A stretch of 64,000 nucleotides of DNA from Pelagomonas calceolata (taxonomy: Eukaryota): assembly GCA_918797485.1 (NCBI GenBank), contig CAKKNE010000002.1, positions 2,418,001 through 2,482,000 on the forward strand. Direction: 5' to 3'. Positions within the stretch are counted from its first letter, which is position 1. Every line of letters begins with the position of its first letter. This document shows positions 51,277 to 60,663 of this stretch, piece by piece. Position numbers and translations under genes: made by a program. The notes below the pieces were generated by a model, which saw only the letters and a program-made list of their open reading frames with translations, had not been told where the DNA came from and did no database searches.

Positions 51277-52623
51277 TCACGCGCTCTTGTGAGTCCCCGG
51301 ATCCACAGATTTGAGAAGCGCGAGCGACGTCCCGCCCGACTTTGCGGCCAGCGCTTGTGCCGCGCGTTTACGCTTCCGCTCTTGCGCCCGGGCCCACGGC
51401 GTCAGTTCGCCGGGCTTCAGTCGCTGTTTCAGTTTCGTCCTCTGTTCCTGCCTCGACATATCTCTATTTCTCCTCGACATGGCCTGCCGCTCCGCGAGCT
51501 GCTGGGCCGCGCGCTCCTCGCGGATCTTCCTTAATTTTTCCTCCCAAGCGACCATGCGCGCCGCCGCGTCGCCCGGTGCCACCGGTCTATCAGAAGCGGG
51601 CACGCCGTACGCCTCCTTGCGAAAGAGGGGTAGCTTGCTCTTGGACCAGTGGCGCCGCCCGCCCTGGTTGTACGCGCCGATGATCTCGGGCACGAGCCGC
51701 GGCCCCCACTGTCTGATGACGAACCGGTCCCCATCGAGCTGGCCGGGGATGTCCTCCGCATCGGAACAGTTCTCGTACTTCGGCGAGTCCCCGAAGCAGT
51801 GGTACCCCACCAACGTGTGGCCCTTCGTCACGTTGTCGAGGCCGTCGTGGATGGCGCTCAGCAGCGACTGCGACCCGACGCTCCAGATCAGCTGGCGGTT
51901 GGCGATGAGCTCCGGGCCCTTTTCATACACTAAAAGCATCTTGTCCCTTAATTTCAGCAGTGTCTGCTTGAGGAACGCGGAGCCGGGCCGCGCCGCGGCC
52001 ATGTTCGTCGCTCGCACCCTTCTCCTCACGCGCGCCTCGGCGGCGCCGGACGGCCGTTCCTCGAACACTAGATCATACGTTCCGAAAGCTCGAACGACGC
52101 CAGCTAAGCCCGGCGGCGACAGCCAGATCTTGGCGTCGTGGTAGATACCTCCGTAGACATATAGAGCCGCCAGCCTGTACAAATTCGAGAAACACGTCGC
52201 GTGCTCCACCTCCAACCGGTCCCAGAGCCACCCCAGGTCGGGGTGGACTTGGCTGACGATACTTCGCGCGTGGTCAAAACCCGCCACGGTGATGTTCACG
52301 CGCAGGCCGTTCGCCGCAGCTGTCTGGGTGTAGTTGCGCACCATCTCCCGGATCATCGGAGGCACCTTGTTCGGGTTCCGCGGGTCGTCTCTGTCAATGA
52401 AGAAGTAGTGCACGGGGATCGGGTGCTCCGCGTCCAGGCGCTCGCCCGGCGCAAGCGGGGGTGCCGCGTCGACCAACTCGATGTGCGCCTTGGCCCAGCG
52501 CTCGTGCCGCGAGTTGATGCGGTGCGGCAGCGCGTGCTTCCGCTGGTGGGTCAGCCAGTCCAGATGTTTCTTCGTGTTGACGGCCGCCCTCGCGCCCGCG
52601 AGGAGCAGGAGCCAGAGACGCAT
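51277..52623 (-). CDS. Glycosyltransferase family 32-like (DxD sugar-binding) protein
   Basis: Signal peptide; FSNLYRLAALYVYGGIYHD and MAAARPGSAFL. Confidence 0.75.
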   Translation of the reverse strand: MRLWLLLLAGARAAVNTKKHLDWLTHQRKHALPHRINSRHERWAKAHIELVDAAPPLAPGERLDAEHPIPVHYFFIDRDDPRNPNKVPPMIREMVRNYTQTAAANGLRVNITVAGFDHARSIVSQVHPDLGWLWDRLEVEHATCFSNLYRLAALYVYGGIYHDAKIWLSPPGLAGVVRAFGTYDLVFEERPSGAAEARVRRRVRATNMAAARPGSAFLKQTLLKLRDKMLLVYEKGPELIANRQLIWSVGSQSLLSAIHDGLDNVTKGHTLVGYHCFGDSPKYENCSDAEDIPGQLDGDRFVIRQWGPRLVPEIIGAYNQGGRRHWSKSKLPLFRKEAYGVPASDRPVAPGDAAARMVAWEEKLRKIREERAAQQLAERQAMSRRNRDMSRQEQRTKLKQRLKPGELTPWARAQERKRKRAAQALAAKSGGTSLALLKSVDPGTHKSA

Positions 52624-52860
52624 GACTTGCCGCGGCTTCAGTGTAGATGAATGCGAGCGCGGGTGAGCTGTGAAAGCAGCGGACTCGTTTGTGAGAGAGC
52701 CGTGCTACCTTAGATGCATGCAGTGTCTCGACAGCTCGAGTGCAATTTCTTGCAGCTCGCAGCTTCCGCGCGTCAGCTCGGTAGGAATGCGCTCTCCAAA
52801 GCGGGCTGCCTTCCCACACGTCAGCTGCAGCCTGAGTGAAATTTTTTTGCCTGCTCGCTT

Positions 52861-52885
52861 GCTAGTGTCTTTACAGGCCGCTAGC
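52861..52885 (-). promoter_or_regulatory. CTAG-bounded intergenic motif
   Basis: Minus strand GCTAGCGGCCTGTAAAGACACTAGC. Confidence 0.75.
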
Positions 52886-53061
52886 GTCTTTTCTCCCTCC
52901 CCGGGTTTTACTCGCGGGTTTGCCAGCCCTCTCCGGTCCCAGCGAAGCGCCAGCTGAGGCTTCGCGGGCTATACTACTCCGGGGGAATGTGGTGCGGGCG
53001 CGGCACGTCGTCGACGCCATCCCATATGACTAAAAAAGGACGTTACACGCCATATCACGAG

Positions 53062-53805
53062 CTACTTGTCCTTCTTCTTCTTGTCCTTGTCCTTGCCCTT
53101 CTTCTTGTCGAACTGGCCCGTGTACGCGAGGATGACGACGACGATGACGCCGATTATGGTGAGAATGATGAACGCAATCAACATCTGCATCTTGCACTTC
53201 TTCCACCACATTTGTTTTCTGAGTGTCTTCGCGCGCGACTTGAACATGCCCGCCTGCGACTGGAGTTCGTCCGCTTTCTGGTCGATCGCTTCCAGACTTA
53301 CGCAGTTCTGGAGGGCCAGTTCGATCGAGTCCTGCATGACGACTTTCACCGTCTCGACCTTCGCTAAGGTCGCGTGCAAGGAGTCGACGTTGGCCAGGTC
53401 GTCGTACTGGGCACATAACCGCTGGAACTTCCCAGACATCGCGTTGTTCAGCGCGCCCTCGCCCCGCGCGTTCAATCCAGCCTCAGCCTTCGGCTGGAAG
53501 CTCGTCCTCAAATCCCTTAGTAAACCGGCGGCGTGCCTCAGGGGGTAGGAGGGCGACGTGATCGCGACGTAGATCCACGCGGCTCCATCACTTTCCAAAT
53601 GCCAGGCCACGCCGCTCGTCTCGAAATTATAGTGTTTGTTCGCATCGACGGTCCGCATCTGCGCCGGATCTAACACCGATCGGACGCCGCTCTGGTCGAC
53701 GTGCGCGCCGTGCGACGCGTGCGCCACAACGCATCGGTCCGCGAGGCGCGCCACGGCCACGTAATTCACGTTCTGGCCGTTGAGCGGGTTGCCGACGCCG
53801 GCCAT
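53062..53805 (-). CDS. VAMP7: Longin R-SNARE (VAMP7-like)
   Basis: Longin N-terminal domain, synaptobrevin coil (KVETVKVVMQDSI...LQSQAGMFKSRAKTLRKQMWWK) and a TM helix. Confidence 0.85.
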   Translation of the reverse strand: MAGVGNPLNGQNVNYVAVARLADRCVVAHASHGAHVDQSGVRSVLDPAQMRTVDANKHYNFETSGVAWHLESDGAAWIYVAITSPSYPLRHAAGLLRDLRTSFQPKAEAGLNARGEGALNNAMSGKFQRLCAQYDDLANVDSLHATLAKVETVKVVMQDSIELALQNCVSLEAIDQKADELQSQAGMFKSRAKTLRKQMWWKKCKMQMLIAFIILTIIGVIVVVILAYTGQFDKKKGKDKDKKKKDK

Positions 53806-54025
53806 GGCTGCTTTTCCACGCGCTGGCTGCTTTTTCCCCCGCGCTCACGGGCAACTGGCCTTTGATGTGTCTTTTGGGTGTTTAGTCTTGAAATGCAAGT
53901 GCAAAGCGCAGCACTGCGGCAGCGCTAAACGATGGGATCGATCGTGCGCCTGCGATTGTAGGGTCTTCTGCTTTGACGCCTACGCAGAGATCCCAGCCGC
54001 CGCGGCTAGCACGCATAAATTTATT

Positions 54026-54048
54026 CTAAGTGTGTTACGACCGCTAGC
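54026..54048 (-). promoter_or_regulatory. CTAG-bounded intergenic motif
   Basis: Minus strand GCTAGCGGTCGTAACACACTTAG. Confidence 0.7.
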
Positions 54049-54206
54049 TCAAATGGGATTAACTTTTTTAACGAAGCCGATTTGCCACACTCGGGCTTCA
54101 GGGGCTGCAGCTGGTTTAGGATTGAAGTATTGCTGCCAACTGCTCTCCCGCCGAGCGCCAAGCTAAGTTTCAGGCAGTCCTGCAGCCAAAAATAAGGGAG
54201 CCAAAC

Positions 54207-55376
54207 ATGGAGCCGGAGCGCGTCCAAGCATTACGAGACACGAAGGCGCTGTACGACGAAGGCATCCTCGACGAGGCTGAATATAAAGCAAAGAAGAAGG
54301 AACTCCTCGCGGCGCCGCCGGCCAAAGCACTCGACGACTGCGCCTTCGTCGCGCCGAAGAAGACTGAACAAATCTTCGAGCCGAGCACGGCCTTTGAAAG
54401 ACGTAAAGGCCTGGGCGCGCGGCGGGGCTGGGACGCGCGCATCACGCGGGACCCCGAGGACGCTTGCGAAATTGCTGAATTAGTCAATAAGGCCTACGCG
54501 GCGGACTTTGGAAGTGGAGGATTTAGGGAGGGCACGACACTCATAACGACAAAAGACGTCGAGTCGGATTTTAACGACCCGGCCGTCTCGTGGCTGGTGG
54601 TGGAGGCGATCTCGGATGAAGCTTTGTTGGCGTGCGTGCGCACGCGCTTCGTGGGTGGACGGGAGAGCGGCAACCGGTTGGCGGTCTTCGACTGCCTCGC
54701 CTCCTCAAAAACGTCGGGCGACGCCGGCGCCGCTGCCTTAAACACGGCCGAGAGCGCCGCGCGCGCGCACGGGTGCTGTGCCTGCAACGTCGAGGTGCCG
54801 ACGCCTCGTATTTCGGATAGAAAGACGCTGGAGGCGGCGGGCTATGCCGCCGTCGGGCCGGCGCTCAAGCTGCCCGGCTCGTCCACCACGTACGCGACGC
54901 TGCAGAAGAAGTTAGGTGAAGCGCCGCCACCGCCGCCGCCACCGAAGCGGAAGCTCGGCGTCACGTCGTCCTCCGAACAGTTCGTCGCCAGGCCCCCGGC
55001 CGAAGGCGTCGAGGCGCAGCTCGAGCTGTGCTCCGCTTTGCAAGGTCTGGGGAAGCTCCTCGACGGCGGCGGCGACGACGCTTCCACAAAAAAGAAGAAC
55101 CCCGACGACGCGAAGCTCGAGGGCCTGGTGGGGGACCTCATCGGGGCGCTCAAGACCGACGCGGGCAAGCGCGACTTCGACAGACTCGCGGCGGCGCAGA
55201 ATAATGATGAAAGCGACCTCGCGGCGAAGAGCCCGTTTCCCGGCTTCGTCGCGCGGCCGCCGGGCGAGCGGAAGAGCTTCTCGGGGCGGGGCCCGGCGTC
55301 GGTCGAGGTCAACGAGCCGCGGGCCTTCGTCGAGTTGCTCGCGTCCGATAGCCGGTTCACGCGGGGGAAGGAGTGA
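54207..55376 (+). CDS. SHOCT-domain plus GNAT-like acetyltransferase protein
   Basis: ALRDTKALYDEGILDEAEYKAKKKELL (SHOCT); AELVNKAY...GAAALNTAESAARAHGC...LEAAGY (GNAT-like). Confidence 0.65.
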   Translation: MEPERVQALRDTKALYDEGILDEAEYKAKKKELLAAPPAKALDDCAFVAPKKTEQIFEPSTAFERRKGLGARRGWDARITRDPEDACEIAELVNKAYAADFGSGGFREGTTLITTKDVESDFNDPAVSWLVVEAISDEALLACVRTRFVGGRESGNRLAVFDCLASSKTSGDAGAAALNTAESAARAHGCCACNVEVPTPRISDRKTLEAAGYAAVGPALKLPGSSTTYATLQKKLGEAPPPPPPPKRKLGVTSSSEQFVARPPAEGVEAQLELCSALQGLGKLLDGGGDDASTKKKNPDDAKLEGLVGDLIGALKTDAGKRDFDRLAAAQNNDESDLAAKSPFPGFVARPPGERKSFSGRGPASVEVNEPRAFVELLASDSRFTRGKE

Positions 55377-55473
55377 GTCGCCCGGTTTTTTTTGTTCGTC
55401 GCTCGCTCGGAGTAAATGGATTTCTCAATCATGAGTACAACATGCACTACAACAGGGCTCCGGCGTACCATTA

Positions 55474-55495
55474 ACTAGCGGTGTAAGACACTAGC
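55474..55495 (+). promoter_or_regulatory. CTAG-bounded intergenic motif
   Basis: ACTAGCGGTGTAAGACACTAGC. Confidence 0.75.
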
Positions 55496-55649
55496 CCTGG
55501 CAAAAAAGTGCCTTCATTCAACTAGCTCTAAGAAACGGCTCCCTGTAGCACGCGTTTTCCTTTATCAGTACGCACAACCCGTTGCTATAACTGTCGCGCA
55601 GCAAACCCTACCCTCGCGCCGCACAGTACCACTTATATAGCAAAGCACA

Positions 55650-56729
55650 ATGCCGCGCTGCACCAGCCTCGCCGCGCTATGTGTAACGCTCGCCGCGGCC
55701 AAGCTCGCGCCGCCCACCCATAGCGCAGTGAAGCTGGCGCCGCGGAAGGCGGACTACCCCGTCGCAAAGGCGCCTGTCGCAAGGATCAGCAGTGGCGGCG
55801 CGACGAAGACCTTGGAGCTCCTCTTTGGCGCCGGCGGCATCTACGCGGCCTTCCTCTACTACGGAAGCCTGCAGGAGGACGTCTTCCGCTACGCGAGCGA
55901 AGAGGGAGACAAGTTCACGCAGGTCTGGTTCCTGCAGGTGCTAGAGGCGTTATGCAATGTTGTCGTCGGCTTTCTAGGCCTGCAGCTGACGGGCGGCGCG
56001 ACGCCGGACCTGCCGCAGCCCTTGTTCGCGTCGAGCGGCTGCTCGCAAGTTTTAGCCAAGTATTGTACCAATGCCGCCTTAGCGAACGGCCTGTCCTTCC
56101 CCGTGGCGACGCTCGCCAAGTCGGGCAAGATGGTGCCCGTCATGGTCGGAAGTCTCTTGCTGGGCGGCGCGTCGTATTCCCTCAGACAATACGCGCAAGT
56201 GGCCATGATTGTGGCCGGCACGGCGATCGTCTCGTTGTCGAAAAAGAAGGCATCCTCAGGAACAACGGCAACGTTGGGAGTAGCTTTTATTGTTGCTTCC
56301 TTATGCTTCGACGGCGTCACGGGCGGGCTCCAGAAGCGCGTCAAGTCCGAGACCAAGGCCCGGGGCGCGGCCCCCAAGCCCTACGACTACATGTTCCTCA
56401 CGAACATTTATATGTTGGCGACGGCGTTAGTGTTTGCGTTGTGTAGAGGTGAGGTGCAGGACGGTCTGAAGTTCGCGCTGGACAACCCGGCGCTGTGGGG
56501 CAAGGTCCTGCGCTTCGGCGCCTGCTCGGCGGTGGGCCAGAGCTTCATATTTTATACGATCTCGACGTTCGACCCGCTGGTCTGCACCACCGTCACGACG
56601 ACGCGGAAGATATTCTCGGTGCTCCTCTCCATTTTCCTCAAGGGCCACGAGCTGCCCCTGATGGGCTGGGGCGGCGTCGCGCTCGCCTCGGCGGGCATCC
56701 TGGCGGAGGCGTCGTCGAAGCGGCACTAG
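55650..56729 (+). CDS. Nucleotide-sugar transporter, UAA family (SLC35B1-like)
   Basis: GIYAAFLYYGSLQE, FPVATLAKSGKMVPVM, FDGVTGGLQ, GQSFIF, TTVTTTRKIFSVLLS. Confidence 0.92.
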   Translation: MPRCTSLAALCVTLAAAKLAPPTHSAVKLAPRKADYPVAKAPVARISSGGATKTLELLFGAGGIYAAFLYYGSLQEDVFRYASEEGDKFTQVWFLQVLEALCNVVVGFLGLQLTGGATPDLPQPLFASSGCSQVLAKYCTNAALANGLSFPVATLAKSGKMVPVMVGSLLLGGASYSLRQYAQVAMIVAGTAIVSLSKKKASSGTTATLGVAFIVASLCFDGVTGGLQKRVKSETKARGAAPKPYDYMFLTNIYMLATALVFALCRGEVQDGLKFALDNPALWGKVLRFGACSAVGQSFIFYTISTFDPLVCTTVTTTRKIFSVLLSIFLKGHELPLMGWGGVALASAGILAEASSKRH

Positions 56730-56765
56730 GTCGTGCTGCGAAGTCGTATATATATAAGTCGTGAT

Positions 56766-58646
56766 TTATACTCCAAGCGAGAGCCGCGCGCGGGGCTTTT
56801 CGACGGAAAAGAAGCGCCCCTCCCAGTCCAGCGCCAAACGCAGCGCGTGGAGCGCCGGCGTCCGCGGGTCCGCGACGAGCGCCGCGCCCAGCGCGTCGCG
56901 CGCCTCGCCCACGCACCGTTTGAGGCGGCGAAAGTGGTCCAGCCGCGCGTCCGCGTCGTATTCATCTAAACAGGCCGCGGCCGCCTCGTCCAGGGCGCGC
57001 TCGAGCGGCGCGCCCACGGCTTCCCGCAGCGACCCGCCCAGCGACGCGACGACTAATGAAGGAGCGTCTTCGGCCGCGAAGTAGCGCAGCAGTGCGACGC
57101 GACACGCTTCATAATCCGCCGCGCCGCCCGTTCTCACGCGCGCATCCAATAAAGCGTCCCCCAAACAGCTCCGGCAGTGGTCCCGCAGCGTCCGGACCAC
57201 GAACTCGCAGGCGTGGAGCGCCACGTCTAACGATCGCGCGGGGCGTCTCCTCCGGGACCGCGCAAAAGTTTGGCGGAACGCCGTGACCGCATCGTAGACG
57301 CGGTCGCACTTGCCGCAGAACGCCGCGGCCTCGTCGAACGAGCCGCCGTACGTTGCTAGTATAGCGTCTACATTATCATCCATCAAGGGCGCGCCGTCGA
57401 AGCGTCGCCCATGGGCCTTCTGGAGCGCGTCCGCCACTTCTAAACCATCGAAGGCCGATTTGCTGTTTTTTAGAGCTTCAGCATCTGCTCTCAAAAAACC
57501 GGGCAGCGCGTATAACGAGGACGGGGGCTTGGGACGGACGTCCAAAGGTGTAGGCGCATTTGACGACGGCGCGTCGTGGCTCCAGTACTCTCCACCCGAT
57601 TCCACGAAGCGCCGCTCGTCGGCCGCCGTTTCAACGCTGAGCGCCTCGACCAGTTTTCTCAATTGGTCGTCTCGCTCGATGCGCACGAGGTCCCTGATAT
57701 CGCGACATTCTTGAACAGGTTTCGTGGACAAGAATCGCGGCGGCGCCTCGTAGATGGATTTGGCGGGTTTTGGAGGTGGCTTCGGCAATGGTAATGGTGG
57801 CGGCGGCGGCATCGCCGGCTCCGCGCACGCGACGAAGAACGGGTCGCCCCCATCAGAGATGTCCGCGCGCCAGGCGTCGACGCGGACCCGCGCCACCGGC
57901 ATCACGGGAGCCGTTTTCGTCGTCGAGAACAGCTTCTCCACATGAGGCGCCTCTGCGTCCGTGCCCAGGACGCACCGCGCCGCCGCGAGCGGCTCGGCGC
58001 AGGCCGCGAAGGCCCGCGCCAGCGATTCGGCGTCGCCGCCTCCGCTTAACCCGCGCGCGAGGCAGGCCGTTTTTAGGGAAGCCGCGGCGCGCCGCGCGAC
58101 GCCGCTTAGCTCGAGCGGGCCCACGTCGAGCGACGCACCGCCACCTCTAGCTTCCGTGATGATGTGCTCCAACACCAAGCCCCGCCGGAACAGGGGCGCC
58201 CAGGCCCGGTCGATCGCTATTAATGTTGCGCGGTCCGCGTCGCGCCATTTCACGACAATTCGTTCCGCGTCCTCGACGTAATCTGCGGCTGCTTTGGCGA
58301 CGGCGTGGGCGGCCGCCGCGGCGGAAGGCTCCGCCTCGTTTAAACGGGCCGCGCGTGCCACGGCGCCGGCGAAGCTTCTAGCGAGCTGGATCGCGTCCGC
58401 GCCGCGCGCGACCCGTTCCAGCACGCCCCGGGCGGCGGCGGCCGTCGCGCGGGCGCAGTTCAGGTCGCGGCGCTCGATCTCTCGCGTGAGCCGCCAGCGG
58501 CCGTCGTCGGCGCTTCGTTCGAAAGTTGCGCTATTTGTGCCGCAGACGCAGTCGACGCAGTCGTTGACGACGGCCGCGTCGGAGCGCTGGCGTGGGCGGA
58601 GGCCCAGGAAGGAGTAGCGCGTTTGCTGCGTTTGGGTGGTGGCCAT
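56766..58646 (-). CDS. Hypothetical protein
   Basis: Long ORF; first ATG at 58646 (MATTQTQQ); no recognisable family. Confidence 0.6.
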   Translation of the reverse strand: MATTQTQQTRYSFLGLRPRQRSDAAVVNDCVDCVCGTNSATFERSADDGRWRLTREIERRDLNCARATAAAARGVLERVARGADAIQLARSFAGAVARAARLNEAEPSAAAAAHAVAKAAADYVEDAERIVVKWRDADRATLIAIDRAWAPLFRRGLVLEHIITEARGGGASLDVGPLELSGVARRAAASLKTACLARGLSGGGDAESLARAFAACAEPLAAARCVLGTDAEAPHVEKLFSTTKTAPVMPVARVRVDAWRADISDGGDPFFVACAEPAMPPPPPLPLPKPPPKPAKSIYEAPPRFLSTKPVQECRDIRDLVRIERDDQLRKLVEALSVETAADERRFVESGGEYWSHDAPSSNAPTPLDVRPKPPSSLYALPGFLRADAEALKNSKSAFDGLEVADALQKAHGRRFDGAPLMDDNVDAILATYGGSFDEAAAFCGKCDRVYDAVTAFRQTFARSRRRRPARSLDVALHACEFVVRTLRDHCRSCLGDALLDARVRTGGAADYEACRVALLRYFAAEDAPSLVVASLGGSLREAVGAPLERALDEAAAACLDEYDADARLDHFRRLKRCVGEARDALGAALVADPRTPALHALRLALDWEGRFFSVEKPRARLSLGV

Positions 58647-58839
58647 TTCTTTGCAGCTTCGCGCGCTTTGAGAGGCGCTTTGTCCTGTGGCCACTTTGAG
58701 GGCTGTGTTGGACACGCCGCGGAGGCTTCCAGCGTTGGTGGGCGATGGCTTATGATTTATTGGCTGCACTTTCTCCTTCAAGCGAGCGCCAGTCTTGCTA
58801 GCAGCGCTCAAACTTCGGGGCGCGAGAGTGCCGCGCGAA

Positions 58840-58863
58840 ACTAGCGTCGTGTAAGACACTAGC
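58840..58863 (+). promoter_or_regulatory. CTAG-bounded intergenic motif
   Basis: ACTAGCGTCGTGTAAGACACTAGC. Confidence 0.75.
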
Positions 58864-58902
58864 AAACAAAACCAACGCGGCGCGGGAGACGCTTGGACCC
58901 CC

Positions 58903-58930
58903 TAACATATCCCGTCGACGGGATATGTTA
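58903..58930. repeat. Perfect 28-bp palindrome
   Basis: TAACATATCCCGTCGACGGGATATGTTA equals its own reverse complement. Confidence 0.95.
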
Positions 58931-59024
58931 CCCCATATGTGGCGGCGTCGCCAAACGCCGTCGCCGCGTCCTAGAAACGCAATTCACAGAGTGTATATAT
59001 ACCGCGCCCCCCCAAAGACGAAAC

Positions 59025-60245
59025 CTACGCCGCCGCCGACAGCGCGTGGCACTTCTGCACGACGTAGGGCCGGTAGCCGTCGTCCTCCTCGTCGTCCACC
59101 AAGCCCACGGTATGGCGGTGCGCGAACATCTGATCCAACGCCTCGGCGAGCTTCTGTTCCTTGTACTTCCGCGGCACGAGTAATACAGTGAGGAAGTCCA
59201 CGGGCAGCCCGTATCTCAAAACACTCTCGACGAAGGCCCGCACGATCTTCAAATGAATCCACGCGACAAATGACTCCGCGAAGTGGCTCCGGCACCACCG
59301 GACGATCGACGCGTGCAACCGATCGCACTCCTGTTCGAGGGTCGCGCGGTCCGCCGATGTTCTTGCTACTTTCTCCGCATCATACGCGAAGGGTCTCACG
59401 ACGAAGCCCAGAGATCTAGCTGCTGTGGTGTATCGGGGGACGAAGTCGTCGAAGCCACTCGGCCGCCAGCTGTCGCCCTCGTAGGCTCCGGACACGTGTC
59501 TGCCCTTGAGTAATGTTAAAGCATAGAGTGACGCTTCTCCGTCTGAGACTAATTTGACAGCACTCCCAGGCACGGCGGGCGAGCACGTCTCGCCGTTCTC
59601 GCCAGAAATGCAGTCCGGCGCGATCTCCGTGTAGGTTTTGAGGAACTCTTGATCTTTCGCTTTAGGAACAGCCACGACGACCGTCACTAAGTACTCGGTA
59701 TCGATGGCCTTAGCCTTGGCGACGTCGTCTGCCGAAAGGACCTCCTCCAGAGGGGATAATGAGAGTGAGCCCCTCCCTTTGCCCGACGACCGCTTCAAAG
59801 CTTGCAATTTTTGCGTTTTATCAGCGTAGGTCGACGCCAGATGTTTAAGTTCATCATCAGTCTCCGACACCGTCTGCCTCAAATGTTGTACGAGTTCCGG
59901 TAGGGCCCTCCTATGCGGATACTTGGCGTGCTCCCACACAAAGCTAGGTAGGTAGCGGTCGACGGGCACGGCGTCCACTAGTAGTGGATCTCTCGTCTTT
60001 GGAGTGACTTCGGCGTACTGCCTCTCTACTTTCCTTACTACACTTTCGATGGAGGCGTCGACCTTGTCCATGTCCTCGCTCAGGGACATGAGCGAGTTGA
60101 GCGTTCCTACGGTTAATGAAGGGACTTGTATGAGGTAACCTTGCGACGCGCCGTCGGTGTGCCTCCTCAATTTTTCAAAGGTCGCCTCGGGCGTCTGGCC
60201 TTCTTTCGGTACGGTTAACAACCAGAACTCGTTGGGCGCGGCCAT
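59025..60245 (-). CDS. ATP6V1C: V-type H+-ATPase subunit C
   Basis: VPSLTVGTLNSLMSLSEDM, FVWEHAKYP, DTEYLVTV, WIHLKIVRAFVESVLRYGLP. Confidence 0.95.
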   Translation of the reverse strand: MAAPNEFWLLTVPKEGQTPEATFEKLRRHTDGASQGYLIQVPSLTVGTLNSLMSLSEDMDKVDASIESVVRKVERQYAEVTPKTRDPLLVDAVPVDRYLPSFVWEHAKYPHRRALPELVQHLRQTVSETDDELKHLASTYADKTQKLQALKRSSGKGRGSLSLSPLEEVLSADDVAKAKAIDTEYLVTVVVAVPKAKDQEFLKTYTEIAPDCISGENGETCSPAVPGSAVKLVSDGEASLYALTLLKGRHVSGAYEGDSWRPSGFDDFVPRYTTAARSLGFVVRPFAYDAEKVARTSADRATLEQECDRLHASIVRWCRSHFAESFVAWIHLKIVRAFVESVLRYGLPVDFLTVLLVPRKYKEQKLAEALDQMFAHRHTVGLVDDEEDDGYRPYVVQKCHALSAAA

Positions 60246-60437
60246 GGCGTCGCTTCGGTGGCGTCTGAAGCGACTGGCTGCAGGAGGTCGGGAGCTGTAT
60301 TTACTGCGGCGGCGTCGGCGCAGACTCCGCTTTGTTCACGCGTGCTGAGGGCCTACAGCACGTGTCGCACAGGGCTCCGCCAGCCCACCGGTGCGCTGGA
60401 TGAGCCGCCGCGACAATGGGCTTGATTAGGCTCGCTG

Positions 60438-60456
60438 GCTAGCATAAAGGCACTAG
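60438..60456 (+). promoter_or_regulatory. CTAG-bounded intergenic motif (short copy)
   Basis: GCTAGCATAAAGGCACTAG. Confidence 0.5.
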
Positions 60457-60663
60457 GAAACCTGGGCGCAAGCAACTTTTTGCGGGCGATGCGACAAAAC
60501 GAGGCTACAAGACCTCTTAACACTCGCTTTTGCGAACCCTAGCGATCGTTCAGTCAGCGTTGCAGCGGCCGGGACGACGAGGCGGCTTAAGCACCCGTAC
60601 AACACACGGCGTCGCCACGCGCGCGCGGCAGTCGCCCGGCCGCGGCCGCGCTAAGCAACAACC

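Noticed and set aside
9356..60456. CTAG motif read as CRISPR repeats or as a MITE family
   Set aside because: Copies are dispersed singly in a eukaryotic context, with no spacer array, no cas genes, no TSD and no shared flanks.
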